Part shown: positions 61,785-64,000 of the stretch, piece by piece | How the letters are laid out: each line of letters starts with the position of its first letter | Numbering within the stretch: the stretch's first letter is position 1 | Origin: Eledone cirrhosa | Taxonomy: Eukaryota | Length of the DNA: 64,000 nt | NCBI GenBank assembly: GCA_964016885.1 | Contig: OZ024756.1 | Span: forward strand, 12,152,001-12,216,000 | Reading direction: 5' to 3' | Notes under the pieces: model-generated | Databases searched by the model: none | Seen by the model: only the letters and a program-made list of their open reading frames with translations | Told to the model about the DNA's origin: nothing | Translations under genes and position numbers: made by a program

Positions 61785-62457
61785 AGCTGTATAACAAAGT
61801 GCAGGGCAATAAAGATAGACGGTAGCCATGGAATAGGCAGACCCAGAAAAATCTGGGACGAGCTGATAAATTCCGACCTCACACACTTACACCTCTCCAA
61901 GACAATGTCACTGGACCGAGACCTTTGGCAGTACTCAGTAATAGAGAAGACCCGCCTTACCTAAATACAAAGTAAAACCTACTACAGTCAGTAGGCATCT
62001 CTAACAAAATACACCACCCCCACCCCATCCACACCGCCCCTTTCAATGTAAAGTTATGTTGGTGCCACAACATCCAGGCCGAAACAAATGAGATCGTGTA
62101 GGTGTCACGACAAAAAAACACACAGTCCACGCTGTAATGTGGCCGTGTAGGCAACACGGTAAAAACCTCCCAGCCCCACACTGTAAATGTGGTTGGTGTT
62201 AGGAAGGGCATCCAGCTGTAGAAAACCCGCCAGACAGTCCACGCTGTAATGTGGCCGTGTAGGCAACACAGTAAAAACCTCCCAGCCCCACACTGTAAAT
62301 GTGGTTGGTGTTAAGAAGGGCATCCAGCTGTAGAAAACCCGCCAGACAGTCCTATGCGAGCAAGACAATCACTCTTGCCTCAAGTGGGAAAACCCCCGTC
62401 CAAACCCATGCAAGCGTGGAACACGGACGTTAAACGTTGATGATGATGATGATGATG
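61785..62457 (+). mobile_element. RTE 3' end with long modular 3' UTR (internal duplication)
   Basis: Near-identical to the 63810-64000 coding end, then modules and a (GAT)n tail. Confidence 0.88.
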
Positions 62458-63425
62458 TTGTTTATTATGCTATTAAATAGCTCTGTACAATACATAGAAC
62501 ACTCTTCGTTCCTTTACCTTTTCTATGGAAATATATATAATAATAATGAAATTATTGTGTACAGTGCTCAGGTGCACTACAACTCATCAAAGATGCATGT
62601 ATAGTACATAGAATAATGTACAATTGTCAGGAAAATGAACAGTGCATGAGTCATGATATAATAATAATAATAATGAAATATTGTGTACAGTGCCCAGGTG
62701 CACCACAATATATATATATAAACTGTAGGAATTTAGAGTAGAGACTTTCTGTTATTTTCTTTACTATTTGTTATGTTCTCCAGCAAATTTCTAACACATT
62801 GCCAACCATTATGTTCTGGTGGATTGGCAGTATTGGTAGAGAGTCGGACACCATTCTTTGCAGCAAAGGGTTACGTCCCTTTATGGTTTGAGTTCAAATC
62901 CCGCCGAAGTTAACTTTGCCTTTCATCCTTACGGGGTCGATAAAAATAAAGTACCAGTAATGTACTGGGGTAATTGCTGGCCTTGTGCCTAACGTAGAAA
63001 CAATTATGTTCAGCTTCCATTTCTACCATATTGTCTCTTATATAATCTAGCAACTTCCATGAGAGTCTACAAAGTTATCAAAACTAAAACTCGCAAGATA
63101 GAATCTCCTAGAACGACTGCATTACTAGATTTCTATTTAATATTCTGCCATGTAAGCAAACATACACATGCATATACACATACACATATATACACATACA
63201 TGCATATATACATATATGCATACACATACATACACATACATGCATATATACATACAAGCATACATACATGCATATACACATGCACACACATACATGCATA
63301 TATACATACACATACATACACATATATACACATATATACACATATATACACATATATACACATATATACACATACATACACATATATACACATACATACA
63401 CATATATACACATATATACCTGGAC

Positions 63426-64000
63426 GTTACCTGGGCGATAAAATCAGCAGTGGGGGAGGGTGCTCTGAAAGTACAGTAGCTAGAGTCAGAACTGGTTGGA
63501 AAAAGTTCAGAGAGCTTATACCACTATTAGCTGCTAAAGGGTTCTCCCTAAAAATGAAAGGCAGGTTGTACGATGCCTGCATACGAACAGCAATGTTGCA
63601 TGGCAGTGAGACCTGGGCATTGTGTGCAGAGGATATACGCAGACTAGAGAGGAACGAAGCTTGCATGCTCCACTGGATGTGTAACAGTAATATACGTGAA
63701 CGGCAAAGCATAAACGAACTAAGGAAAAAATTAAAAGTAAGAGGGATCAGATGTTGTTTACTCGAGAGAAGGCTACGTTGGTATGGACACGTGATGCGCA
63801 TGAAAGTCGATAGCTGTATAACAAAGTGCAGGGCAATAAAGATAGACGGTAGCCGCGGAATAGGCAGACCTAGAAAAACCTGGGACGAGCTGATAAACTC
63901 CGACCTCACACACTTACACCTCTCCAAGACAATGTCACTGGACCGAGACCTTTGGCGGTACTCAGTAACAGAGAAGACCCGCCTTACCTAAATACATAGT
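63426..64000 (+). mobile_element. RTE LINE C-terminal fragment (continues beyond window)
   Basis: Open frame YLGDKISSGGGCSES...GSETW...RLRWYGHVMRM...GRPRKTW. Confidence 0.92.

Noticed and set aside
62784-62818. Possible fourth exon after TTCTCCAG
   Set aside because: Short, weak donor inside a SINE head, and no recognisable protein similarity.

Overview
AT-rich, microsatellite-dense animal genomic DNA. The SINE, RTE and (TA)n landscape strongly resembles an octopus (coleoid cephalopod); this is inference, not a database match. The window lies almost entirely inside two huge introns of one + strand gene. Three phase-compatible GT-AG exons (8532-8691, 23251-23334, 50248-50406) join into a helical stretch resembling the C-terminal part of the dynamin-like GTPase SLIP-GC (NUGGC). 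The rest is transposable elements and tandem repeats: two tRNA-derived SINE families, RTE/CR1/RLE-type LINE fragments, a DD37D (maT) mariner-like element, a Chapaev3-like transposon, a Helitron, and piggyBac, hAT and Tigger-type MITEs. Most long ORFs in the track are repeat artefacts. The main signal is at least 15 short remnants of several unrelated Penelope-like retroelement (PLE) families, mostly in (TA)n tracts. They form asymmetric fold-back palindromes and often carry type I hammerhead ribozyme motifs. Several also share a small hairpin (TACTC-N11-17-GAGTRCT) located just past the end of the short arm. Several large minisatellites were evidently born from specific SINE sub-modules. Coordinates of degraded repeats are approximate.
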